Shown piece after piece: positions 1 to 11,270 of a DNA stretch of 64,000 nt. This stretch comes from Nitrospirota bacterium. Its GTDB lineage: Bacteria > Nitrospirota > Nitrospiria > Nitrospirales > NS-4. How positions within the stretch are numbered: the stretch's first letter is position 1; every line of letters begins with the position of its first letter. The stretch is from the NCBI GenBank assembly GCA_963788195.1, contig CAWBGA010000017.1, forward strand, positions 736,001 through 800,000, given 5' to 3'. The translations under genes were made by a program, and so were the position numbers. Below the pieces are notes generated by a model, which was not told the DNA's origin, searched no databases, and was given only the letters and a program-made list of their open reading frames with translations.

Positions 1-27
1 ATACGATGACCTCACCAACGCTCCCGA

Positions 28-56
28 ATCATAGTCCAGGCTCTGCGGCTTGTCAA
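28..56 (-). promoter_or_regulatory. sigma70-like promoter firing out of the window (TTGACA-N17-TATGAT)
   Basis: Minus strand reads TTGACA (56-51), 17 nt, TATGAT (33-28). Confidence 0.55.
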
Positions 57-125
57 ACGCCGGCGCACGGAAATGTACGTAAACTGAACTAGGGATGACA
101 GAGAGGAGTCGACGCCCTGACTGGC

Positions 126-662
126 TTACGAGGCGGCTTTCGCAGGCACCACACTGAAGCGCAGTGTCCCGATTGGACTCATGTCGAAATCGCCGGTACC
201 CGTGAACATCTGGACCTTGTATTGGCCAATGGGCCATCCCTTGTCAGGGCGCTTTATCGACACATAGCCGGATTCGTCCTCGGTCATGAGGATCATTGAG
301 TCGGTGCCTAGGATATGATTCGCCGGGACCTCGTCGGCGCGCTCGACCGACCAGCGTCCTGAAACCCTGAATTCGCTGTCATGCTGATGGGTATGGAAAA
401 CGACGAAAATCTCCGGCACATCATCAGTGAAAATGGTGCTGGGTGTGACCGGTACGATCTCAAAGCTCCGATATTGACCCATGATCATTTCTTGGCCGTG
501 AGCGGTGACGATTGAAGAGAATAATCCTGCGGGGTGCCTGTTTTCGTAAGAGTTGGGATCTTCGATCGCGGAGGAAGAGGACGCCAACTCGGCGTAGCAC
601 GGAAAAGTCAAACTGCAGACGGCAATGAAAGCTCCAAGGATGATTGCAAAGACTGCCTTCAC
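126..662 (-). CDS. Hypothetical exported protein (beta-sandwich-like C-terminus)
   Basis: 178-aa ORF with hydrophobic signal peptide; its GTG start overlaps the pup stop (GTGA). Confidence 0.7.
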   Translation of the reverse strand: MKAVFAIILGAFIAVCSLTFPCYAELASSSSAIEDPNSYENRHPAGLFSSIVTAHGQEMIMGQYRSFEIVPVTPSTIFTDDVPEIFVVFHTHQHDSEFRVSGRWSVERADEVPANHILGTDSMILMTEDESGYVSIKRPDKGWPIGQYKVQMFTGTGDFDMSPIGTLRFSVVPAKAAS

Positions 663-856
663 TGCCCCCCCTTCTGTACATAGTTCTTGATAAATTCTTC
701 GGCATTTTCCTCAAGAACGTCGTCGATTTCGTCGACCAACTTATCCATTTCCTCCTTAAGCTTTTTGCCGCCCTCAACGGTCTTGGGATTGGCCTTCGCA
801 TCCTCCTTCGCCTGAGGGCTGCGTTTCGGCTCGGTTTTTCTCTCCTGCTTGTCCAT
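659..856 (-). CDS. pup: Prokaryotic ubiquitin-like protein Pup
   Basis: 65 aa, disordered charged N-terminus, C-terminal DEIDDVLEENAEEFIKNYVQKGGQ matching the Pup helix plus GGQ end; GGAGGGG RBS. Confidence 0.92.
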   Translation of the reverse strand: MDKQERKTEPKRSPQAKEDAKANPKTVEGGKKLKEEMDKLVDEIDDVLEENAEEFIKNYVQKGGQ

Positions 857-921
857 GATGCCCCTCCCGGTATTTCTCCGCGCCCCGTCCGGCGTTTCTA
901 CAGCAGGTTATAACGAATCTC

Positions 922-950
922 AGCTTACCGCACGATATACGTCACGTCAA
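922..950 (-). promoter_or_regulatory. sigma70-like promoter of pup (TTGACG-N17-TAAGCT)
   Basis: Minus strand TTGACG (950-945), 17 nt, TAAGCT (927-922), about 65 nt upstream of the pup start. Confidence 0.5.
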
Positions 951-1008
951 GAACACCAGCAGAGCGATGACCCTACTATTGCCCCCGCCTGAAGAAAGGT
1001 GAAGAAAA

Positions 1009-1079
1009 GGGACAGGCTACTTTGTTTAAGGCATTCTCTTAAACCGTAGCAGAAAACCTCAAACAAAGTAGCCTGTCCC
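1009..1079. repeat. REP/REPIN-like inverted repeat downstream of hppA
   Basis: GGGACAGGCTACTTTGTTT (1009-1027) is the exact reverse complement of AAACAAAGTAGCCTGTCCC (1061-1079). Confidence 0.75.
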
Positions 1080-1084
1080 CCTTG

Positions 1085-3154
<2,070 letters not shown>

Positions 3155-3168
3155 ACAAAGGATCTCCT

Positions 3169-3260
3169 TTAAATGGGGTCAGAGTCGAATTTAAAGTCCA
3201 AAGTTTAGCGTATCGGTATAGGAAATCGAGTCTGCGAAATTCGACTCTGACCCCATTTAA
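3169..3260. repeat. REP/REPIN-like inverted repeat upstream of hppA
   Basis: TTAAATGGGGTCAGAGTCGAATTT (3169-3192) and AAATTCGACTCTGACCCCATTTAA (3237-3260) form a perfect 24-bp inverted repeat. Confidence 0.8.
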
Positions 3261-3379
3261 GACGAAACGGCCGCTCATTCTATACGGCCACCGGGCACTG
3301 TTCAAGCTCTTTACGACAGGAGGAGTGAATGTCTTACGGAGAAGATTCTTTATGAACAGGAGGCAACTTGCCGCGATGA

Positions 3380-3673
3380 ATGGGACCTGCTATAGTGACC
3401 AGCGTTGGATGTCCAGGAATGCCGACCGAGCCACAGTACATCGTCGTTGATCAGAAATCCTTTACCAAGGAAGACTTGGTACTTGACAACCACGTATACA
3501 GAAACTGTCAGTTAGATCACTGCCGCCTATACTATAGCGGCGGCCCCTTCGAGTTAATCGATACACACATCACCAATTCTGAACTCGTTCTCAATCAACC
3601 AGCCAAAAATATTTACGCAGCCACGCAGATCTTTCGCACCAAGTCCCCAAGCTCCACGATCGTCTTCGAGTAG
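3380..3673 (+). CDS. Small hypothetical protein (possible start 3419)
   Basis: Protein-like ORF filling the gap between hppA and the cytochrome genes. Confidence 0.6.
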   Translation: MGPAIVTSVGCPGMPTEPQYIVVDQKSFTKEDLVLDNHVYRNCQLDHCRLYYSGGPFELIDTHITNSELVLNQPAKNIYAATQIFRTKSPSSTIVFE

Positions 3674-3710
3674 CCCGGCCCTCTGGCGTTCACCGATTTC
3701 CCGCTGCCCG

Positions 3711-4965
3711 TTACAGGCAAGGCAGTTTCCTGAGCTTTCCATCCGACACCTTGGTGTTTCCGCATCGCTTGGTGATCTCGGATGTCTTGAAGACCGGATC
3801 GGAATACTTCGTGGACGCAAAAGATGCTACCCGCTTCGCAAAGCTCTCCGGCCAGCGGTCGGCAGGAGTCGCGTAATGCAGCGAGATCTCAACGTCAAAG
3901 GACGGGGTGTTTGTAGGCGTTGCAAAGACAAAGCTTTCCGTGCGCGTCTCATCCGCCTTTAACGTCGTGTCCTCGACGAGTTTCACGGCGTCATGATCCA
4001 ACACGGTCTTGTTGCCTTTGGCATCGGCAAAGGTGCGGCCATAGGTACGCTTTTCCCGGACGGCCTCGGTTAAGTTACGGCCTTTGATGACCACCTGTAA
4101 GTACACCTGATTCCAAATGGGATGCGTTGTAGGGACATTATGCGGCACCAGATTCTTGACCTTCACTGTCAGCTTAGTCTTATCTCCTTGGGCTTCGGTA
4201 TCATAATCTAGGTCAAATGCTTGCTTGCGCAAAGCGGGCGACTTGCCGTTAAATTCATGACCCGCGATATCTCGCTTTTTCTCCTCATTCGCTGACTCCC
4301 CGAACCCTTGCGGCATGTGACAGGTCTGGCACGTCTTGCCTTCCTTTGCCGCCTTGCTCCCTTTCCAATCTCCCACGGCCTCCGCTTGGGGAACAGACGT
4401 CGGCGAAATGGTATGGCACGCAAGGCACAGATCGGATTTCTTATAGAGCTCCAGGAACTCGGTATCGTGGGCCTTGCTTTCGATGAAATCCTTATAGCCG
4501 CCGAACACGGTGCGTCCGGGCTCAAGTTTGAGAGGAGGAGTTGCCCTTGACGTTCGGTTCCACGCTCTTAATCAGATGACACTGAATGCAGCCCACGCCT
4601 TCGAAATTCGGATCGCCGGTGATGATTTGTTTGACCATAGTCTCGGCAAGATCAGGAAACACCACGGCCTGCGGGGCATGACAGTTCAGGCAGTAACGCT
4701 TGTCCTGGTTCTTGGAGGCGTAGTCCTCCAGCATTGCCCGAAACGTCGGCGTGACAATGGCCCGCGCCACAATGGATTCTTCGTACTCCTCAAAGGATCG
4801 GAGATGGCACTTCTTGCATTTCGATGAGGCCGGAAAGACTTTTTCTGGGGTCAGGGCGGCGTCATCCTTCGCAAAAGAGCCATGAAACCACCCCGCGCCG
4901 ACGAGGACGGCGATGACAACGAAGCCGATCATGATCGCTCTTACTTGCTGCAAACCCAATTTCAT
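3711..4965 (-). CDS. Periplasmic pentahaem cytochrome c (c554/c'-like multihaem family); split by an indel near 4510
   Basis: Signal peptide; CKKCH, CLNCH, CIQCH in ORF 4522-4980 and CLACH, CQTCH in ORF 3711-4508; HNVPT motif and beta-rich C-terminus; paralogous to the next gene. Confidence 0.85.
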
Positions 4966-5046
4966 AGCGTCTCTCCTCACGCATCAGTTCCTATGTGCGG
5001 GTGTTCAGCCACAAAGCGGGCGTGGCCGGGCCCGGATCGCTCCGGC

Positions 5047-6337
5047 CTAGAGAGGCATCGTCCTGAACGTCAGAATGCGGGGTTCTGCATAATTGGCAAT
5101 CAAACGAGTCGCCTTGTCGCGATCGGCGTCCGACGCGAGAGTTTTTAGATAACCGTCTAACAGCCCGGCTTCCGGTTTCGGGATCAAACTATAGGTCAAG
5201 ACTACGTCGAGCAGCATCCCCTCGCCTTCCTGGCTGAGGGCCAGCGCGAAAGGCACATGCTTCGTTGTCCCTCCTTTCACCAGGATGTCGCCCAACGGCT
5301 GCTCCAACAGGTTCCCGTAGGAGTTCCCGAAATTCTTCTGCACCGTCCCCAAGAGGCGCCCGTTTTTATCTTTGACACTGACGGTGAGATAAAATTGCTT
5401 CAAAACGGGATCGCCGTCAGGAAAATTATGGGGAACCGCGCCGTTCATGACGGCAATCTCGCCTTCGACTGCTGTCCCCTTCCGTTCAGCCTTCACTTCC
5501 AATCGCGGCATCCATTCGGCCTGGAGATTACGGTTTTTCAGCATTAACCCCGGGATTACGATTCCGCGAAAATAATGACGGGCGATGTCTCGAGTCAGGG
5601 CGCCCCGCTTTGAGGTCGAGCTCCCGGTGGTTTGCTCCATATGACACGACTGGCACACGGTGCCCTCGAGGATGTCGCTGTCTATCGACGGGCTGCGGTG
5701 GTCGCGCACTTTTTCGAAGTGGCAGGACGTGCAAAAATTGGCGCCCTTATAAAGAGGCGACGCAAACGAGTTATGGACCATGTTGTCTTCGGAATCTTTG
5801 AACGGTCCGAACATGGTCTTCCCCGCGCTGATTTCAAACGCAGGTACCTGCTTCGTATCCTCGACCAATTTTTCGACCATGTGGCAGGAGGCGCAACTAA
5901 TGCCTTCGACCGTCACCTTCCCGGTCATTACCTGCTCGATAATCCGATCGGTGTGTTGAGGGAAAACTTTCACGGCGGGGGCGTGGCAGGAAAGGCACTG
6001 CTGACGTTTCTCAGCGCTCGGCTTGGTCTGCAACCAAAGACCCATCACGGTCTTGAAGATCGGGGAGGGAAGCGCCGTACCATGGAGCAAAGCGGCGTCA
6101 ATGCGCCCCATGAGCTTCAGATCCATGGTCATTTCCCGCAACCCGGCCATTTCTTCGTAATGGCGGTCGTGGCATTGTCGGCACACCTCGGATCGAAGAA
6201 AGACCTGCTCGATCTCTTCGACCCATGGCTCTTTCGTTGACTTTTTTCTCCTGGCCGGCCCCGTCCTGTTCGAGCGTGGTCCCGAATCCTGCCAGCACAA
6301 ACACGAGCAAGCCGGCCATGACCGCCCCGCGATTCAT
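5047..6337 (-). CDS. Periplasmic pentahaem cytochrome c; 5' indel near 6235
   Basis: CRQCH, CLSCH, CASCH, CTSCH, CQSCH; HNFPDG motif; signal peptide MNRGAVMAGLLVFVLAG lies in the adjacent frame with a GGAGG RBS. Confidence 0.85.
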
Positions 6338-6372
6338 AGTCGTCCTCCGGGACACCTGACAGCCACCATGAA

Positions 6373-6852
6373 CTAGTCGCTCTCTTTGGGTACAAAATGG
6401 AAGTTCATTTGACCACCCTGCCCCTGATTCTCGGGGTTCGTGGGCTCCCACGTGCCCACCGTGAAGTTGCCCTTCTCCAAGGCATCCGGTAACAGACGCC
6501 CGAGGTCGTCCAGATTGCGCACCGGGACCTTGTTGATCTCGGTGATCACCGCTCCCACTTTAATGCCCGCTTTTTCCCCCAAGCTGTCTCCGATGATGTC
6601 CATTACCGCGACGCCTTCAGCCGCACGAAGATTGAGCTCTTTGCGGATGTCCTCGGTGACGGGCTGAACAATGACGCCCAACTGCTGCTCGGCCATCTCG
6701 ATCACAGCTTGGTTTCGTTCCTTTTCCGCCAGCTTGTCGGGTGGCAGGGCAACCGGCTTGGAAGCGATCGAGGGATTTGCCGTTGCGAGCGTCAGCGGAC
6801 CCGTAGAGGCCCATAAAAGACTGATGGCCAGGACGAGGATAATTCGACGCAT
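6373..6852 (-). CDS. Exported stand-alone PDZ-domain protein
   Basis: Signal peptide; LGVIVQPVT...GVAVMDIIGDSLGEKAGIKVGAVITEIN resembles HtrA-type PDZ. Confidence 0.8.
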   Translation of the reverse strand: MRRIILVLAISLLWASTGPLTLATANPSIASKPVALPPDKLAEKERNQAVIEMAEQQLGVIVQPVTEDIRKELNLRAAEGVAVMDIIGDSLGEKAGIKVGAVITEINKVPVRNLDDLGRLLPDALEKGNFTVGTWEPTNPENQGQGGQMNFHFVPKESD

Positions 6853-6855
6853 GTC

Positions 6856-7674
6856 TTAGGCTTTCCCCGGGTCGGTCGTAATGGGATCCAAGATGAGCTG
6901 CAACCACGGGGCGACGGCCTTCTGCCCGTTACGCTCCTTGTTCTCGCCGTTCCATAACGCAAACGCCACGGTTTGGACGCGTCCAGGACCAAAGAGGGCG
7001 TCATTGTCGGGATCCCGGGTCTCCAGCGCTCGCTTGAACACGACCTTCCAGCGGCCTTGCTCCCAGATGGCATTGCCTTGAACCGTGCCCTGACCGCGTT
7101 TGCTTGTGAGCGTGCTAAAGCCCCCGCCCAACAGATCCTCGACAGACGAGGCGCGTCGTGGAATCACTTCAAAGCGACGCACTTCGCTTTCACCGCTGGC
7201 TTTGCGCTCAGTCTCTTTAGCCTTGCGCCGCTCAATATCCGTCTGCCAATCCGCCTTCCAGTGCCAAATGTTCAGATAATGGTCGAGCTGTCCCATGCAA
7301 AAAAAGGCCGGCGCATCGCCAAGCGGGAAAGCCATTGCGGCGCCGTCCCGAAATGTTCCGGGCGTCAAACGATCATTCTTGGTGGGGTCTTGCCACTCCA
7401 GGAGGAAAACGATGTCCTTACCGCTATGGAGCGATCGAACGGTTACTGACTTAATGGTGGGATCGGGAAGCGTCGGCCGCGTGATGACTTGACCGCTGAG
7501 GGGGAGCACGATGGGAGTCGATTTTTCCCACAGCGGCGATTTGGGCTCAAAAGGGAGTTCTCCTGCGAGATATTGCGAGCGGATGAAAAGCCCTTGGGAA
7601 CTCACCACCTGTACCCCCAGGCCGTAGAGCACGAGGAGCACAACAAGCGCCACGCCCGTAGTCTTCCACCCCAT
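6856..7674 (-). CDS. EB_dh-family haem b protein (type II DMSO-reductase gamma subunit; NXR-gamma candidate 2)
   Basis: Signal/anchor; LEWQDPT, FRDGAAMAFP, FCMG (Met ligand), NIWHWKADWQ, GFSTLT, AFALWNG..ER.GQK (Lys ligand). Confidence 0.85.
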   Translation of the reverse strand: MGWKTTGVALVVLLVLYGLGVQVVSSQGLFIRSQYLAGELPFEPKSPLWEKSTPIVLPLSGQVITRPTLPDPTIKSVTVRSLHSGKDIVFLLEWQDPTKNDRLTPGTFRDGAAMAFPLGDAPAFFCMGQLDHYLNIWHWKADWQTDIERRKAKETERKASGESEVRRFEVIPRRASSVEDLLGGGFSTLTSKRGQGTVQGNAIWEQGRWKVVFKRALETRDPDNDALFGPGRVQTVAFALWNGENKERNGQKAVAPWLQLILDPITTDPGKA

Positions 7675-7707
7675 GATCTTATCCCCTGCGCGTAACCGCA
7701 GCTTACG

Positions 7708-8967
7708 CTAGTACAATTTCAGCCGGCGAATTTTATTCTCCCCACGCTCGCAGATAAAAAGAAACCCGTTCGCATCCAAGGCGAGCCCCGCGGGGGAATT
7801 CACCACCGCGTCGACTGCTATACGGCCGTCTCCATGCTTGATCATCTCCTTGTCGACGGCTTTGACGAACTTCGCCATCCCGCAACCGCCCATGTTTCCG
7901 GAATCCTTGTAGCCGCTCTCGCCGTTGCCGGCGATCGTCGTGATCACCCGGGTTCCCGCATCCACTCGCCGCACACGGTGATTCATCGCATCGGCGATGT
8001 ACATGTCGCCGCGCGGGTCGAATGCGATTGCCTCGGGGGCATTCAGCATGGCCTGGGTCGCCGGCTTATCGTCTCCGTCGTACCCGTAAAAGCAGACGCC
8101 GGCTGCTGTCGTGACGATCCCAGTGTTTCTGTCGATCCTGCGTATGCGGTTACTGCCTTTGTCCGCAACGTAGACGTCGTCGTTGGCGTCCGTGGCAATC
8201 CCTGTGGGGTCATGAAAACGGACTTGGGACCCTGGCTTTCCGTCGTCGTAAAACACGCTCATGTCCATACCATCGGTGTCGCACGGCGGGCGCAGCCACC
8301 CGTGGTCATCGCTGAAATCGATGCCGATGGCGTCTCCCGAAAGCACAACCAGGTTCTTAGCAATGAGCGGGCTATCGCGGACGTCGTCTTCATGAGACCA
8401 GGTGCCGGCGATCGTCGTGACCTCTTTTGTTCCGGGATCATAGATCCGGATGCGATGCGCCTGAGCATCGACGATCAGGAGGCGGTCTTGAGAATCGAAC
8501 GCGATCGCGCTCGGGTACGTCAGATTAACTTCAAGGGCCGGCCCATCACCGGAAAATCCGAAGTCCCCGGTCCCCACGACGGTGTCGATGATCCCCGTCT
8601 GCATGTCAATCTTGCGAATTCGATTGCTTCCGGAGTCGCAAATGTACAGGTCCCCCCGGGAGTCAAACGCCACGTCCAAGGGCAGGTAGAGACCGGCTTC
8701 GCTGGCGGGACCCCCGTCCCCGCTGTAACACGTCTCGCCGATCCCAGCCATGTGGCTGATGATCCCGGTCGCAATCTCGATCCGACGTATCCGGTCACTT
8801 CCGGATTCGGCGAAATACAGGTACTCACCGGAAGGATCGATGGCAAGACTGACTGGAAGTGGGAGACCCGCTTTCGTGGCGACCTTCCCATCGCCGGTAC
8901 TTCGCGATTTGCCGTTGCCCGCGAAGGTTTCGATGATGCCTATTGACGTGACGACGGTCTCTTCCAT
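7708..8967 (-). CDS. NHL-repeat beta-propeller protein, no signal peptide
   Basis: Repeated P.xxA(F/I)D..G.LYI.D.G.NRIR(R/K)ID..TG.I.T.AG units. Confidence 0.9.
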   Translation of the reverse strand: MEETVVTSIGIIETFAGNGKSRSTGDGKVATKAGLPLPVSLAIDPSGEYLYFAESGSDRIRRIEIATGIISHMAGIGETCYSGDGGPASEAGLYLPLDVAFDSRGDLYICDSGSNRIRKIDMQTGIIDTVVGTGDFGFSGDGPALEVNLTYPSAIAFDSQDRLLIVDAQAHRIRIYDPGTKEVTTIAGTWSHEDDVRDSPLIAKNLVVLSGDAIGIDFSDDHGWLRPPCDTDGMDMSVFYDDGKPGSQVRFHDPTGIATDANDDVYVADKGSNRIRRIDRNTGIVTTAAGVCFYGYDGDDKPATQAMLNAPEAIAFDPRGDMYIADAMNHRVRRVDAGTRVITTIAGNGESGYKDSGNMGGCGMAKFVKAVDKEMIKHGDGRIAVDAVVNSPAGLALDANGFLFICERGENKIRRLKLY

Positions 8968-8987
8968 GGCTGTGACCTCGGTTCTGG

Positions 8988-9269
8988 CTAGACTTTCGGT
9001 GGTTCGGAGATCACCGGCCCGGTGGCAGGCGGTACAGAGCTATGGAGGGGACCCCCCGGCGGCACTCCTGAGGGCATCGCCCCCGGTTGATTCTCCTCTT
9101 GTCTCGAGGCTTCCAACTCAATGGCATCCGCTTCATGAACAGATTTCTTGAAGCCTTTGATGGCTTTGCCCAAACCTTCGCCGAGTTGGGGCAGCTTGCC
9201 GGCCCCGAAGATAATCAGCACGATAAACAAGATCAGAACCAACTCTGTGATGCCCATACTTCCAAACAT
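8988..9269 (-). CDS. tatA: Twin-arginine translocase TatA/E
   Basis: MGITELVLILFIVLIIFGAGKLPQLGEGLGKAIKGFKK; Pro-rich tail. Confidence 0.95.
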   Translation of the reverse strand: MFGSMGITELVLILFIVLIIFGAGKLPQLGEGLGKAIKGFKKSVHEADAIELEASRQEENQPGAMPSGVPPGGPLHSSVPPATGPVISEPPKV

Positions 9270-9290
9270 AGCGCGCCCCCTTGTAGTCGG

Positions 9291-10121
9291 TTACTTGTCC
9301 TTGGATTCCACAGGCCGTCGCGACGCGAACCGCGCCTTTAGACGCTCCCGTGTTTGATCAGCTTCTGTAAACCGCTTGGTCTTCTCGTACGTGCTGATCA
9401 AGTTATAGTATGCCAGAGGTTCGTCTGGATTGCTCTGCACGGCGCCTTCAAGCACGAGAATCGCCTCATCGGGCTTCCTCATGTTCATATGAATTTCCAT
9501 TAAGGCGAAGGCGGCTTCAAGATTGTGGGGGTCCAGCTCAAGCACACGGCGATAGGCCATGATCGACGCGTCAATCGTGTGAAGATCCGAGACATTACGC
9601 AACTCGAGCTTCTCATACACTTTACCCAACTGAAACCACGCGATGGGATCGTCCGGTGCAACTTCAACCAGCCGCTCATAGAGATCCTTGGCCTCCATGT
9701 AGTCGTCCTGATCAAAACGTGCCCGTCCCAGGTTAAATAAGGCTAACACATCACGCGGGTTGATCGACAGCGCCTTCCGATACTGTTCCATCGCCTCATC
9801 CAGCTTATTCTGCGTCGCGAGAATCGTGCCAAGATTGGCATAGTACATCGCAAGAGACTCCGCCATCTGCGCCCGGAGGCCTTCCGCGATCTCGATGGCT
9901 TTCGAAACATTCGTATAGGCCTCGTCCAACATCCCCTTGGCAAAATAGACCTCGCCCAGCCGGCACTGGGCCTGGAAGTCATCGGGGTCAGTCTCCAGCA
10001 GTTTCTTGATTTCCACGATCTCATCGTCCAGTGTCAGCGGCAACTCCGCAGTCGCTTCCGGCGCCGCGTCGGAGACGTTCACTTGTTCATCGCGCTGGGT
10101 TTCCGGCACATCTTTCTCCAT
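9291..10121 (-). CDS. Tetratricopeptide repeat protein
   Basis: About six TPR units (LG.VY...G..DEA...Y.KAL.INP). Confidence 0.9.
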   Translation of the reverse strand: MEKDVPETQRDEQVNVSDAAPEATAELPLTLDDEIVEIKKLLETDPDDFQAQCRLGEVYFAKGMLDEAYTNVSKAIEIAEGLRAQMAESLAMYYANLGTILATQNKLDEAMEQYRKALSINPRDVLALFNLGRARFDQDDYMEAKDLYERLVEVAPDDPIAWFQLGKVYEKLELRNVSDLHTIDASIMAYRRVLELDPHNLEAAFALMEIHMNMRKPDEAILVLEGAVQSNPDEPLAYYNLISTYEKTKRFTEADQTRERLKARFASRRPVESKDK

Positions 10122-10154
10122 CAGTACTTCCTTCTGTAAAACAGTCGTTGACCG

Positions 10155-11270
10155 TCAGGCGCCCGAGGCTTCGGCTGTCGGACGGTCGCCGAACTGCACC
10201 GGGAGATTCCGCGCAGCTCTGTCCCGCGCTTCGACCCGCGCGTCATTTACGATCAACAGCAGCCCCACCACGACGAACAGAGTTTGATGGGATAACTGTA
10301 GGGCGTAGCCGGCAATGAACATAAAGGCAAGCCCGTACCCGGCGCGCCGCCCCATCGAAACTTGTTTAATGACGGCGTACCCCCAAAACAATAACCCGGC
10401 CATGTACAGCGCAAACGGTAGATAGAAGGTATAGCCCATGCCCATTTGGAAGATCCAACCAATACCTCGGGCCCCGTTACGGAGGCTGGCGGCCGCGGCC
10501 GGATCGAAGACTTCAAGGACCCCGTCGATCACCAGCAAGCCGACAAACAGAAGAGCCCATGTGGCCCCATAGAAAATGACGCGACTCCGCTGACTCCGAT
10601 TGCGAGTGCGAAATGAGAAGCCGCTATAGACTGCGAATACGAGCGCAGTCGCAAGCACCATCAGAGCTTCTCCGTAGCGGTGGACGTCAAGCACGAGCGG
10701 CGGAGAAGAGGTCAGCCCGAGCCACCCATATGCAATCGTTGCGGTCTGATAGTACAACCACGCCGAGACCCCGATCACATAGCACGCGATCATCGCACGT
10801 GGTTTGAGGGACGGATGAAGCATCCAGTATTGCGCACCGAGGATCCAGATGACCAGCAAGGTGACGACACTATAGGCGATCGAGCCGAGCATGGCCGGAG
10901 GGAAAATCAGGAACGTGACCGTCAGCGCAAGAAGAAGTGACACAAGCGGCACGACCACACGATCCAGAGGCTTGGGCTGTTCACCCTGCCCTTTGGAAAA
11001 TAGCATAGTAAAGAGGACCACAAAGAGCAGCAGAGCGGAGAAATTCATGAGCGCAAAGCCGATTTGGGAGGCGCCGCGCAGAAAATAATCGACCACTGGA
11101 TACTCTTGAGCGACCTTGGAGAGATGCATGCCGAGACGAGAGATCAACCGGTACAATACGAGCTCGGAAAGACCTGCAATCAGCAGCGCTTTGAGCGTAT
11201 ACTCAAGAAGTAACGCCCCGCTATCAGGTCTAATCCGCATCCCATCTGTTCGTGCCGCCTCAGTAGTCAT
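10155..11270 (-). CDS. Polytopic membrane protein of unknown function
   Basis: 371 aa with roughly 9-10 hydrophobic segments; start overlaps the radical SAM stop. Confidence 0.8.
   Translation of the reverse strand: MTTEAARTDGMRIRPDSGALLLEYTLKALLIAGLSELVLYRLISRLGMHLSKVAQEYPVVDYFLRGASQIGFALMNFSALLLFVVLFTMLFSKGQGEQPKPLDRVVVPLVSLLLALTVTFLIFPPAMLGSIAYSVVTLLVIWILGAQYWMLHPSLKPRAMIACYVIGVSAWLYYQTATIAYGWLGLTSSPPLVLDVHRYGEALMVLATALVFAVYSGFSFRTRNRSQRSRVIFYGATWALLFVGLLVIDGVLEVFDPAAAASLRNGARGIGWIFQMGMGYTFYLPFALYMAGLLFWGYAVIKQVSMGRRAGYGLAFMFIAGYALQLSHQTLFVVVGLLLIVNDARVEARDRAARNLPVQFGDRPTAEASGA

Noticed and set aside
659..856. UBact rather than Pup
   Set aside because: The C-terminal EIDDVLEENAEEF..YVQKGGQ matches Pup, not the UBact Y.QR.G(E/Q) pattern.
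7834..8946. Long plus-strand ORFs antisense to real genes (also 11402-12163, 13293-13862, 28529-29152)
   Set aside because: Shadow ORFs typical of GC-rich coding sequence, with no motifs.
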